The notes beneath the pieces are model-generated. The model did not search any database. It was not told where the DNA came from and was given only the letters and a program-made list of their open reading frames with translations. From Macrostomum lignano (lineage: Eukaryota), in assembly GCA_002269645.1 (NCBI GenBank), contig NIVC01005114.1, positions 1 through 25,820 of the forward strand: a stretch of 25,820 bases of DNA. The letters are read 5' to 3'. The first letter of the stretch is position 1, and each line of letters starts with the position of its first letter. The position numbers were made by a program, and so were the translations under genes. Positions 1 through 12,220 of this stretch are shown here, one piece after another.

Positions 1-169
1 TGGTTGACTTTTAAAGCAAATTGAAAACGTTGTGATAAAATGTTCTTAAATTTCGGAATAAGAAAAACTGAAGCAAAAAAGTAGACATTGTTTGACATGA
101 TTTTTACCTCGAAAATTTTGGTTCTCAAAGTTCGTCAGCTCTGCTCAGCCGCACCTGCTGCATTCGCAC

Positions 170-941
170 TCAGCGGCGGACAAAGAAGTCGCCGCTGCTG
201 GCGCTGCTGAGCGCGGCCGGGACCGCAGCGAGCTCCAGCAGGTGGCACAGGCGCTGCTGCTGGCTGAAGATCACCGCCTGGCAACCGGAGCGGCATCGGT
301 ACAGGCACTCGGGCAGCCCGGCACTCTGCAGTGTTCTGAAGGCGGCGCATCCGGGATGTTCAGCTCAACGAAGGTCCGGTTACCGGGGACGAACACGTTC
401 CGGTCTGCAGTGCAGAGTGAGCGCCAGTTGCATCAAAAACAAGCATCTCTACACAAAAAGCAATTTGTACTTTTAACCTACTCATGCAAGCGTCTTCCGA
501 ACTGCCCGTGTAGCTCAGCCGGAGCACTCGGTTTCGGTAGTCGCCTCCGCAGTTCTGGCGCGAGTTTCCACTGCAAACGTGGATGCACTCCCAGGCAGGA
601 GCAGCGCCCTGCGACCCGTAGGAGTTGCCGCAGAAGCACCAGTATATGGCCTGCAGAGCCGCGAACTGGAAGCCGCCCAGAGCGCAGACGCTGCCGCACA
701 GCTCGTGAGTCATTGTCGAGTAGCTGCCGACAAAAGCGGTGCCGCCTTCGAATATCGGAGATACCTCGGAGCTGCCGATCCGTGTGAGGCCAATGTGCTT
801 CATGTCACCGACGTCTCTCACGCCATTTGCGCCGTCAACGAAGCAGCCGAGGTCCGAGATCTGGAACTGGCGACAGAGAGCGGCGCAGATCAGGCAGCTC
901 AGGATCGGAGCGCAGAAGCAGGTCCTGTACAGAGCCGGCAT
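170..941 (-). CDS. Secreted WSC-domain protein with C-terminal PAN/Apple-like module; exons 941-482 and 404-170; apparent 1-bp frameshift at 353-355
   Basis: ATG 941 followed by a hydrophobic signal-like stretch. WSC Cys pattern: LGCFVD...MTHELCGSVCALGGFQFAALQAIYWCFCGNSYG...CIHVCSGNSRQNCGGDYRNRV. GT-AG intron 481-405 (GTAGGT...CTGCAG, 77 bp). Exon 2 reads NRNVFVPGNRTFVELNIP, then in another frame GCAAFRTLQSAGLPECLYRCRSGCQAVIFSQQQRLCHLL...DFFVRR* (TGA 172-170). Confidence 0.82.
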
Positions 942-2173
942 GGCAGGCTGATTGCCAGTGCGATTTTCACAGAAAATTGGCGGAGTTCGGACTCAGAGTA
1001 GAGAGAGCGGATTCGCATCGAGAGGCCTCATCACAGCTGTGTGAAGCGTATTATATTTTCTAACACAGAGACAATGGGCCTTCAGTACAGAACCCGTGAC
1101 GGGTTTGCACAACCGCGTGAGCCCTGATTGGAATCCGTTGGCTGCTGCCATTGCGTCAAAGCCAACAGGCCCGCCGTCTATTTGCGTGAATGAAAATTGA
1201 TTTCATATTCCATGAATTTCTGGGCTGCAGTTTTTGAAATAGTTCGTATTTGCAGCAACAAAGCTTGCTATAGGCCCTTAATTAAGGATGAGCATAACAC
1301 ATGAAATAACTGAGCGTCTAATTGAGACGCACAAGAATTTGTTGCGCACCTTTGCGGCTCGCATGTACTCGCGTTAGATGAGGCCAAGTAAGAAAAAAGT
1401 GAAGTGAAGTGGCGCAGTTTGTTTACTATAAATTTATTTACATAATAGAGAGAGCAATCAAGACAGCGGCGGGAGGCTGCCCATTAGGGGCTTCTGATGG
1501 GCGGGCCTTGAAAGAAACCCCTCCCCAGGATCGCTAAAGCAGCCTTCAATTCTGTGCAACGCTTCCATACTCCAGAAGAGTCAACGGATGCATAAAAGTT
1601 CCACTTTCCACCACCGTGTCACCAATACTCAATCGTACATCCTCAATTGTTAAAAATACTCGCGAACACCAAACGCGTGGGCACGAGGGCATGAAAAATT
1701 GTCTCGAGGGGTCCCCCCTACCCCTCTTTGGCAAGTTCGACAGGCAGAAAAAGCGGCTTGGCATTCCTGCCGCCTTATTGAGCCAACAAAGATGAATCAT
1801 AATTGGATTCTACGGACTAAAATGTGCTTCTACGAGTAAGCCAGGAAATTTAGCGTAGGAATTACACTCGACTAAATAACCGCTTCTAAGTAACCGGAGG
1901 CCCACAAATTAAGGTAAAAGAAGAACGGCCTGCACGTGTCAGTAATATTCTTGGTTGTTAAAATCACCTCACGCATGAGGTGTCTTAAAGCAATCCTTTT
2001 GCTTATGTACTTATTATTATTATTGCTTATGCTTAAGCGAATATACGTACCATTCAGATTACTTGTTAACTGAATGCTCACCACCAAAGCTTCTACTCGT
2101 ATTTTAACATGCACGGATAAAGAAATAAAATACAATAGTGGATCTTCACCATCTTTAACAGACAGATCTGTTA

Positions 2174-2834
<661 letters not shown>

Positions 2835-3620
2835 TCTCTACCTATAAAAATCAAAACTCTGTCTGTCTGTCTGTGGACAAATTACTTCGCTATGGACTCC
2901 CAAACCGCTCAACCAAATGACACCAAAATTTTACACCCACCCTAAACTCACTACGGAGAATGTCTTAGGCTACCTTTAAATTTCCTAAATTTGAGTCTTC
3001 CTACCTAAAAGTGCAAAAAACTGCTCAAAATGCGCGATTTTTTTACTAAAGCCTCCTTAGCGCCGCTCCACTTCTACCGATCCTCTTCAAATTTGACACA
3101 ATCAATTTTCAACTATTTTGACACAATCGTGTAAAATTTCGAGTCTCAAAGTTAACCCTGAACGGCGCTGTGCACTTTTAAAGTTTGGCTGTTTTTTTCA
3201 GCGAGACAGCCACCCCAACCTCCACCCGCCTGCCTCTCTTTCCCGATCTGGGCAAAGGGTGCAAATAGGTTTTTAAACGACTAACTTTGGGCTTCACGTG
3301 AAGTTTGCTTCACGTGAAGCGATTAACTTCAAATTTGACACAATTCTTCATTAACTTATTCTCTGTCTAAATGTAAAGTCTCAACTCTGTATCTCAATCA
3401 GGACGGAAACTGTAAGCATGTGAAGTTTGTCTGCTTTTTCTGTTGTTTGTGCCACTCACTCACTCACTCATTCCCCCAGAGCCAGACGAAGGGTCAGGCG
3501 ATAGGACTGAATGTACATAGCAAATGTACAGTGTTTTGGAATAACTTTATTTATAGCCTTCTCTGCACCCCCGCGCGTGGAGAGGCTACGTTTAGCCATG
3601 ACAGTTTAGTGAGAAATTCT
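2835..3620 (+). mobile_element. Non-autonomous Helitron-like dispersed repeat (5' portion), copy A
   Basis: Starts A|TCTCTACCTATAAAAATCAAAACTCTGTCTGTCTGTCTGT...AACCGCTCAACC...CCAAAATTTTACAC, resembling animal Helitron/DINE-like 5' ends. 3045-3620 is visibly homologous to 15614-16160. No 3' hairpin-CTRR end was found. Confidence 0.5.
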
Positions 3621-4052
3621 AACCACTGCCCTCCCCTCTGTATAGGCAAACTCTGCAGCAGTTTAACAGTGGATGGCAATTGGCAAATCGAGGCAATCCA
3701 GCATGGTTTGTAAAAGCGAAATATTTATGAAAAGGCGATGCGATGCAATGAAATACAACCCTACTAAATTAGGCACACCATGGAAATTTTAGGTTTCTTT
3801 TAAAGGTACTGTGTAAATTTTAAATGGCCTCCTAAGAAATGCGTATTTCCTTGGTTGTTAGACTGATGCAGACTGCAGTGGAGCTGAAGATACACAAATT
3901 CCTTTTAGGGCTGCAAATTGGCAAGAAAGATGACGTGATCAAAGCATGAGAATAACGATGAGAGTAGTACGTCCACAAACTGGCTTTCGAAGCAGTGATC
4001 GGCAGACTTTTACTTCAAAAGCCAGATAAAGAATCCAGCTTATGTGCGGGCC

Positions 4053-4850
4053 AGATGAGAGTGGAAAGGAGAAGGAATAGACTATTAGAAGAGAGGAGAG
4101 GCGGGACGGGGATAAGAGAAAACATGGAAGATAAGAGAAGAGACAAGTGGTGAGGAGAGAGCAGAGAAGAAGGGAGGAAGAAGCGAGAGGAGGGGAGAAA
4201 GGAGGGAGAGGAAAGAGTAAAGGTGAGAAGAGGGGAGAGATGAGACAGAGGATCGATGAGAGGAGAGTAGGGAAGAGTGAGAAAAGAGTAGAGATGAGAG
4301 AGCAGAAAGAAGATGACAGAGGGTCAAGAGGAGAGGAGAGAGTAGAAAGGATAGAGAAGAGAGGAGATAAGAGGGGGAGAGAGGAGTGAGAAGAGAAGAG
4401 ATAGAGATAAGAGAGGGGTGTAAGAAGAGGGGAGAAAGGAGAGATGAGATTGTAGAGATGAGACAAATGAAAGGAGAGATGAGAGAGTAAAGATGAGAGA
4501 TGAAAAAGGTGAGAGGAGAGTGCAGAGAGACGAGAGAAGATAATAGAGGAGAGAGAGTATAAAAGAGGGAAGAGAAAAGAAGAGAGGAGTAAGGAAAGAG
4601 AGGAGTCAGAAGAGGTGAAAGAGAAGAGTACAGAGGAGATAAGTGAGAGAACGTATTAGAAAGATGACAGATGAGAGAGCAGAGATGAAAGTGAACAGAC
4701 GAGAGATGGGAGAGTAGAGAGAACAGATGAGAGATAAGAGAGAAGAGATTACAGAGACTAGAGGAGAGAGGAGAGACAGGGAGAGAGAAGAGGAAATAGG
4801 AGAATGAAGAGGGGAGAGAGTAGAGAGTAGAAGAGGGATGGGAGAGGAGA

Positions 4851-4912
<62 letters not shown>

Positions 4913-4941
4913 GAGAGAGAGAGAGACAGAGAGAGAGAGAC

Positions 4942-5011
<70 letters not shown>

Positions 5012-5710
5012 GAGCAGAGAGAAATGAGAAGAGATAAGAGAGAAAAGATAAAAGAAGAGAAAGGAGAGATAAAAACGCAGACAAGAGAGAAGAGAGGTGA
5101 GGGAAGAGACGAGTGACGAGGGAGAGAGAAGAGATAAAACAAGAAAAGAGATGAGAGGAAAGAGAGAGAGGAAAGAGGTGAGACAAGAGACGAGAGAAGA
5201 GGGGAGAGAGGAGAGAGAGAGGAAAGAGGAGAGAGGAGAGAGGAGAGAGTTAAGAGAAGAGAGAAAAGAATAGAGAGGAGAAGGAAGAGACGAGAGAAGA
5301 GGGGGAGAGAGAGAGAGAGAAGAAGAGAGAAAACGAAAAAGTAGAGAGGAGAGAGGAGAGGAGAGAGAAAAGAAAAGGGAAGAGATGAGATAAGAGATAT
5401 GAAAACGAAGAGAGATGAGGGAAGATACGAAAGAAGATAGGAGAGAGGAGAGGAGAGAGAAGACGAAAGAGTAGAGAGGAGAGAGGAGAGGAGAGAGAAA
5501 ACGAAAAGTAGAGAGGAGACAGGAGAGAGGAGAGAAGAGACAAGAGACAAGAGATAAGAGAGATGAAAGAGAAGAGAGATGGGGGAAGATATGAGAGAAG
5601 AGAGGAGAGAAGAGAGAGGAGAGACTAGGGACGAGAGAGAAGAGAGGAAACAGAAGAGACGATAGAAATTTTAAAGGATCCAAGGGACATAGGGAGAGTC
5701 AGGGAGAGGC
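4053..5710 (+). repeat. Degenerate polypurine (GA-rich) tract ~1.65 kb with near-pure (AG)n core at ~4855-5005
   Basis: Almost exclusively G/A on the + strand. The SL/PL-rich and ER-rich ORFs here are compositional artefacts. Confidence 0.97.
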
Positions 5711-6116
5711 CAGAGTTTGCCAATACATGTTTTAGAGTCAGACAGACATTGCCTGACATTCTGTGAAGTAACCCAGCCAACAATATCAATGTTTGCTTCA
5801 AATCCTAATTTTACACGAATGTGTCCATTTATGTCTACCTCTATCCTACTAACTATTAACAAGTTTTTGTTTGTGTATGGCCTTAGATTTCAGAATATAC
5901 ATGCAAAAGTAGTTCCGGGGATTGGAATTCCCCGGGTTCAAAATCCGCGGGTTTCAACAGCTTGTTCGCATATAAAAAACAAAAGCATGAACAGCAAAGC
6001 TCCAATTAGAACAGTAAATGCCAGCGGTACAAATGCCAGCAGCAGATGTATATTTAGAAATGCACAAGCCTTATGGGAGAAACACTACATGTACGAGTTT
6101 CGCTGCAGCAATCAGG

Positions 6117-8271
6117 TCAGGCATCGGCCAAGTCGGCCTGGCCGAAGTGGCGGGCCACCAGGCAGACGATGAGGCTCAGCGGCACGGCTGCGGGGTGCCG
6201 AAGGCCGCCTGGCAGCCGCAGGCGCTCCCGACGGCAGGCGCGGGCGAGCCGCCTGAGCCGGTCGGCCTCCTCGGAGGTGAGGGGGCAGCGCAGGGCGGCC
6301 AGCAGGGCGAACAGCCACTGGCCCAGCCTGTCGGTGAAGGGCAGCGGCTCCGGGCCCGTCAGCCAGTCCGCGTGGTGGCCCAGCAGAGCCAGCAGCGAGG
6401 CGCGGGGAAGCCGGCAGACGAGGCTGATCTGCGGGGTGGCAGAGGCGTTCACAAATGACACTCTAATATTCACAAATGGCACTTCAATATTCAGAAATGG
6501 CACTCCAATATTCACAAATGGCACTTCAATATTCACAAATGGCACTCCAATATTCACAAATGGCACTCTAATATTCACAAATGGCACTCCAATATTCACA
6601 AATGGCACTCCAATATTCACAAATGGCACTCCAATATTCACAAATGGCACTTCAATATTCACAATAGCACTCCAATATTCACAAATGGCACTCCAATATT
6701 CACAAATGGCACTCCAATATATTCACAAATTGCATTGTATTCACAAATGGCACTTCTGAGCTCTCACCAGAGGCGGGTGGCCCTCCTCGCTCTGGGCCTC
6801 AGCACCACCACTTTCTTCATCTTCCCCATCCGCAGCCTCCTTCCTCTCAGACTCCAGCTGCTCTCCGTCGACATCTCCAGAATCCTCGTCTTCTCCGCTA
6901 CTGCCGTCCTCGTCATCTCCGCGCCAGTCTCCCGCCGCGGTGCCGCCGGTGCCGTAGCAGAAGGCGCGCCAGGCCCGGCCGTCGGAGGCCTTCGGCAGTC
7001 GCGGCGCTTCGGCGGCGGCCGAGCGGCTCGAGGCCAGCCGCAAGGACTCGGCCAGGCGGTCTCGAAGCTCGGCGAAGGCCGCCACCTGAGAGGCGAGTTC
7101 GGTTTAAATTGCTCCAGTTGCTTGATGCTTTCTTGACACATTACTGACAGTAGAAATAGCAGAATATTACATGTATAAAATTAATAATAACTAATGTTTA
7201 TTAACTACGCTACTTAATAGTAGAATTTAGTAGAAATGCATGAGTATTAAGGTAAATAATAGGAGTAATTTATTTACTAACTTTTTGATAGTAAATGATG
7301 AACGGTTTAAAGTATCTGAGAACTTAAGACTGTTGGTACGAGTTGGTCGTATTTGTTCTGTTGCAAAGACCTCTGTGCCTTGGAGGTTGGCCCTCAGGGT
7401 AGCGCCAATCAAGACTAGCAAGCCAATTTTCATAAACGAGTTTTAAATTGATGGACTAGCACACGGATTCGAACTCATGACTTTTGCGATGACTGTGTTT
7501 CTGTTGTTGTAAAAGCTTTGAAACACCGCCTTCAGGGACAAGACCTTCAGGAAAAAGAACTTCAGAACAAAAGACCTTCAGAACAAAAGACCTTCAGAAC
7601 AAAAGACCTTCAGGACAAAAGACCTTCAGGACAAAAGACCTTCAGGACACAAGACCTTCAGGACAAAAGACCTTCAGGACACAGCCTTCAGAATGCAACG
7701 TTTGGGACAGGCAGGACCTTCAGGACACAAAGCGGCATCTGAAGCTGTTTTCTCTCTCAAAGCCGTGTATTCAATTCAAACAGTCTATGCGGCTCAAACA
7801 TCTGATTAAATGAGTCCCAGCCAGCCAATCAGAGGCAGTTTTCACCTGCTCAGCCTGCCAGTCAGTTCCGGGCGCCCAGTCCGGGGTGGCGGCGATCCCC
7901 CGGTCAGGCGAGGTGACGGCAGAAGAGGAGGCGAGCAGGGCGGACACCTGCATGCCGCGGCACTTGGCATCGGGCCAGGCCGGTTGCCGCCGCTCGCCTC
8001 GCGACTGCTGCGGGCCAGACGGTCGGCTCGGCGCCAGCGGCACCGGCTGCTTTGCGACCACCACCTTCGGGCAGCGCCGCGCCTCGGACTGCACGCTGCG
8101 CAGGTACTCCAGCGCCGACACGTCAACTTCGGGACCGTCGCCGAAGCCGAGCACCGGACGCTGGACGTCATCGAAATCGCCTTCGTCGTCTTCATCCTCT
8201 TCTTCATCATCGCGCAGGTCAGCCTCCGCTGCACTCGATTCCGACTGCATTCTGGCGAGTTGCAATCGCAT
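6117..8271 (-). CDS. GEMIN2: Gemin2 (SMN-interacting protein 1); exons 8271-7846 (alternative start 8250), 7085-6768, 6428-6117; ~344-351 aa
   Basis: Gemin2 motifs in order: LEYLRSVQSEARRCPKVVVA; WQAEQ|VAAFAELRDRL; LPKASDGRAWRAFCYG; GHPPL|ISLVCRL...DWL...FTDRLGQWLFALLAALRCPLTSEEADRLRRLARAC...LSLIVCLVARHFGQADLAD*. Both introns are phase 0 GT-AG (7845-7086, 6767-6429). Confidence 0.95.
6448..6755 (+). repeat. 21-bp minisatellite (ATTCACAAATGGCACTCCAAT), ~14-15 copies, filling Gemin2 intron 2
   Basis: Visible tandem units. The unit length is divisible by 3, giving the FTNGTPI/NIGVPFV pseudo-ORFs. Confidence 0.96.
7529..7728 (+). repeat. 16-bp minisatellite (TTCAGRACAAAAGACC), ~10 copies, in Gemin2 intron 1
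   Basis: Visible tandem units. Confidence 0.92.
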
Positions 8272-8430
8272 GCAAGTTCATCAGTGTCTGTATAATACTA
8301 CTTGTTTTTAATAGAACAGTAGCGCAAAAGGCTTTTTTAATGCTAAATTTGATAAATCTATAGAAAATACTGCCCGCATTTAGCCTTGGACCGCTGGAAC
8401 CAACCTGGACGGAACTATGAAAATTTAGGA

Positions 8431-9054
8431 AGCTGCAGGGGTCCATGACAGCAGCAAACCCCAGTTCTATTACAGCTCCAGGGATCCATGACAGCAGAAA
8501 ACCTCAGTTCTATTACAGCTCCAGGGGTCCATGACAGCAGAAAACCCCAGTTCTATTACAGCTCCAGGGATCCATGACAGCAGAAAACCTCAGTTCTATT
8601 ACAGCTCCAGGGGTCCATGACAGCAGAAAACCCCAGTTCTATTACAGCTCCAGGGGTCCATGACAGCAGAAAACCCCAGTTCTATTACAGCTCCAGGGTC
8701 CATGACAGCAGAAAACCCCAGTTCTATTACAGCTCCAGGGGTCCATGACAGCAGAAAACCCCAGTTCTATTACAGCTCCAGGGGTCCATGACAGCAGAAA
8801 ACCCCAGTTCTATTACAGCTCCAGGGGTCCATGACAGCAGAAAACCCCAGTCCTAATACAGCTCCAGGGGTCCATGACAGCAGAAAACCCCAGTTCTATT
8901 ACAGCTCCAGGGGTCCATGACAGCAGAAAACCCCAGTTCTATTTCAGCTCCAGGGGTCCATGACAGCAGAAAACCCCAGTCCTAATACAGCTCCAGGGGT
9001 CCATGACAGCAGCAAACCCCAGTCCTATTACAGCCGCAAGGGTCCATGACAGCA
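8431..9054 (+). repeat. 43-bp minisatellite (GGGGTCCATGACAGCAGAAAACCCCAGTTCTATTACAGCTCCA), ~14 copies, upstream of Gemin2
   Basis: Visible near-perfect tandem units. Confidence 0.97.
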
Positions 9055-9782
9055 AATGACAAGATGAAATAGAAAAATATCCGCAGTCCCTGCTATTCAT
9101 TAGAGGCGTTAGCGAGGCAGCGAGATTTGTTTCCAAAGTTTATTAATTAATAAATAACTAGTATTGTTATTCTGAATAGAAATAAAAGTTGCCAAGCGGA
9201 GCGGGTGTACACATGGGCATAAATATGAAGTAGCTGATTAATAAGCATATGATAGCTAATATTACTAATAAAAACAAAACAACTGATTAGCAGCAATGGT
9301 TGGTCATACCTGATGTGAAGCCGTACAGCAAATATAAAATTGGTAAATGTATCAGAAACGGCATAAGAGAAAAGCTTAGAGGCAAATCATACCTGACCAA
9401 AGCACAGGGCATTACCGCCCCAGTTACAGAAGCAAGACCGAACAGGTAAAAGCTGCGGTTTGAATTTAATTAGCATTTAAAATACCTGGGTTCACCTGAT
9501 TTTTTAAAAATAAATCAAAGCAAGAGAAAGAGAAAAAAATTAAAGGTACAGCTATTACATAATACGCATCAGCGATATACTCAATTCCTGCATTATTGAT
9601 TACTGAGCAAGCCTCGTGGCGTTGGTAAGTTGACGCGCGAATAATTAAGCGAAATGAAAACTGACAAAATTTCCAAGCCTACTGAGGTATTTTAATTACT
9701 GATGTACGCATTTCATTATTTGCATAAGCCAGCCAATAGCAAAGGAAATGAGAAAAGTGTCACTGAGCACTGACTTCACTGC

Positions 9783-10722
9783 GTGTACATTGGGGGTAGA
9801 GTTTAGCTGGACTGAGTGTACATTGGGGGTAGAGTTTAGCTGGACTGAGTGTACATTGGGGGTAGAGCTCAGCTGGACTGAGTGTACATTGGGGGTAGAG
9901 CTCAGCTGGACTGAGTGTACATTGGGGGTAGAGCTCAGCTGGACTGAGTGTACATTGGGGGTAGAGCTCAGCTGAACTGAGTGTACATTGGGGGTAGAGC
10001 TCAGCTGGACTGAGTGTACATTGGGGGGGGGTAGAGCTCAGCTGGACTGAGTGTACATTGGGGGGGGTAGAGCTCAGCTGGACTGAGTGTACATTGGGGG
10101 TAGAGCTCAGCTGGACTGAGTGTACATTGGGGGGTAAATTTTAGCTGAACTGAGTGTACATTACGGCGTTAGATTTCAGCTGGACTGAGTGTACATTGGG
10201 GGGGTAAATTTTAGCTGGACTGAGTGTACATTACGGCGTTAGATTTCAGCTGGACTGATTGTACACTTGGGGATAGAGTTCAGCTGGACTGGGTGTACAT
10301 TTAAAGGGGAGATGGGTATGGGTGTACATTGGGGGTAGAGTTCAGCTGGACTGGGTGTACATTGGGGGTAGAGTTAGCTGGACTGGGTGTACATTTAAAG
10401 GGGAGATGGGTATGGGTGTACATTGGGGGTAGAGTTAGCTGGACTGGGTGTACATTTAAAGGGGAGATGGGTATGGGTGTACATTGGGGGTAGAGTTAGC
10501 TGGACTGGGTGTACATTTAAAGGGGAGATGGGTATGGGTGTACATTGGGGGTAGAGTTCAGCTGGACTGGGTGTACATTGGGGGTAGAGTTAGCTGGACT
10601 GGGTGTACATTTAAAGGGGAGATGGGTATGGGTGTACATTGGGGGTAGAGTTAGCTGGACTGGGTGTACATTTAAAGGGTAGAGGGGTAGAGTTCGGCTG
10701 GGTAGGTACACACGTGTACATT
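9783..10722 (+). repeat. 33-bp minisatellite (GTGTACATTGGGGGTAGAGCTCAGCTGGACTGA) changing after ~10290 into a composite ~61-bp higher-order unit
   Basis: Visible tandem units. A second sub-unit GGGTGTACATTTAAAGGGGAGATGGGTAT alternates with the basic unit in the 3' third. Confidence 0.95.
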
Positions 10723-11222
10723 TTAGATGCCCATCGGGAAGCAATGAGGAAAGAGAGGAATCGCATTGGAACAGAAAATTCCCAGTTAGTGGAGTTTCTG
10801 CATCCTTGACAAGACAGTTATTATTATTATAAAACTATAATTAAAGCGCAGCAAACACGCAGAATAAAAGTGGAAACACGAGTTCGCTGATAACTCTTCA
10901 GTGGATTTGCATTGAACGCAGACTTTTGCAGTAAAGCCTGATTTCCAGGAATACAGTACAACTTCTGCATACGGCGGCTGCTTAAACTGGTGGGCAAACT
11001 TGTACAGCAATATACTACTCAAAGTAGGAGTAGGACGCTAACGCTAGACTACTATTATTGAAATGAGACAGAAAAAGTGAGGTATTATTAATATTATTAT
11101 TAGCACTCAACAGTGCTGCAGCCGCCCGTGGTTAAAGTTTGATGGCGCATTGAATGATCCTCGGGGGAGACAGAATGGGGAATTCGTATTTACAGAAATA
11201 TCCATTTACACAGATAAATATT

Positions 11223-11228
11223 TTTATT
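11223..11228 (-). promoter_or_regulatory. Candidate polyadenylation signal (AATAAA) for the Smad transcript
   Basis: TTTATT on the + strand; the first such hexamer I found downstream of the Smad stop, ~1.1 kb away. Confidence 0.35.
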
Positions 11229-11481
11229 CGGGCCGGATGAGGTCTATGCACACAATGGGATCGCGAGTGCGACTTGATGGCGCTATGAATTATGAATAGA
11301 GGGAAATGAGTTTCAGAGAATCCGGTAAAGTCCCGGTGCGTGCGGCTTCCTGCCGAGGATCGCGGAGAGGCTCTACTGCTATCGCTACTGCTGGCCGCGC
11401 TCTCAGGCGCTGCCTGCGGCCGCTGCTGCCACCTGGAACCGGAGTGAAAGGGCTTCGAATGACCGGCAATGAGCCTGCCTT

Positions 11482-12220
11482 CCCACCCTGTCTGCTCATC
11501 ACCCACCCTGACTATTCATCCCCCACCCTGACTACTCATCCCCCACCCTGACTGCTCATCCCCCACCCTGACTGCTCATCCCCCACCCTGACTGCTCACC
11601 CCCACCCTGACTGCTCATCCCCACCCTGACTGCTCACCCCCACCCTGACTGCTCATCACCCATCCTGACTGCTCATCCCCCATCCTGACTGCTCATCCCC
11701 ACCCTGACTACTCATCCCTACCCTGACTGCTCATCCCCACCCTGACTGCTCATCCCCACCCTGACTGCTCATCCCCACCCTGACTGCTCATCCCCATCCT
11801 GACTGCTCATCCCCACCCTGACTGCTCATCCCCCACCCTGACTGCTCATCCCCCACCCTGACTGCTCATCCCCCACCCTGACTGCTCATCCCCCACCCTG
11901 ACTGCTCATCCCCCACCCTGACTGCTCATCCCCCACCCTGACTGCTCATCCCCCACCCTGACTGCTCATCCCCCACCCTGACTGCTCATCCCCCACCCTG
12001 ACTGCTCATCCCCCACCCTGACTGCTCATCCCCCACCCTGACTGCTCATCCCCCATCCTGACTGCTCATCCCCCACCCTGACTGCTCATCCCCCACCCTG
12101 ACTGCTCATCCCCCACCCTGACTGCTCATCCCCCACCCTGACTGCTCATCCCCCACCCTGACTGCTCATCCCCCATCCTGACTGCTCATCCCCACCCTGA
12201 CTGCTCATCCCTCACCCTGA
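11482..12220 (+). repeat. 20-bp minisatellite (CCCCACCCTGACTGCTCATC), ~37 copies, just downstream of the Smad stop codon
   Basis: Visible, highly homogeneous units. The G-rich strand is the Smad sense strand. Confidence 0.98.

Noticed and set aside
242-1063. Plus-strand ORFs overlapping the WSC gene, and antisense ORFs over Gemin2, Smad and the glycosyltransferase
   Set aside because: Shadow frames of GC-rich coding exons.
3939-5683. 532-aa and 314-aa Leu/Ser-rich ORFs resembling membrane proteins
   Set aside because: Antisense reading of the polypurine tract, which is intrinsically stop-poor.
3639-5727. 17-bp inverted match (TGTATAGGCAAACTCTG / CAGAGTTTGCCAATACA) flanking the polypurine tract
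   Set aside because: One mismatch, no TSD and no extension; roughly one such match is expected by chance in a 26-kb window.
6429-6767. In-frame retention of Gemin2 intron 2 (339 bp, divisible by 3)
   Set aside because: In-frame TGA codons at 6743-6741 and 6725-6723 terminate the frame.
7455-7485. B-box-like GAGTTCGAATCC on the minus strand (tRNA/SINE-like)
   Set aside because: No A-box or cloverleaf could be built around it.
8437-8448. 43-bp unit shares GGGTCCATGA with the MITE terminus at 25522
   Set aside because: Only 10 bp with no further similarity; probably coincidental.
11132-11551. GC-rich ORFs beyond the 20-bp array (124, 81 and 70 aa)
   Set aside because: No recognisable domain or convincing splice partners; more likely Smad 3' UTR or intergenic.
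8431-12220. Regular repeat arrays that might be taken for CRISPR arrays
   Set aside because: Head-to-tail units with no unique spacers, no cas genes, eukaryotic intron-containing context.
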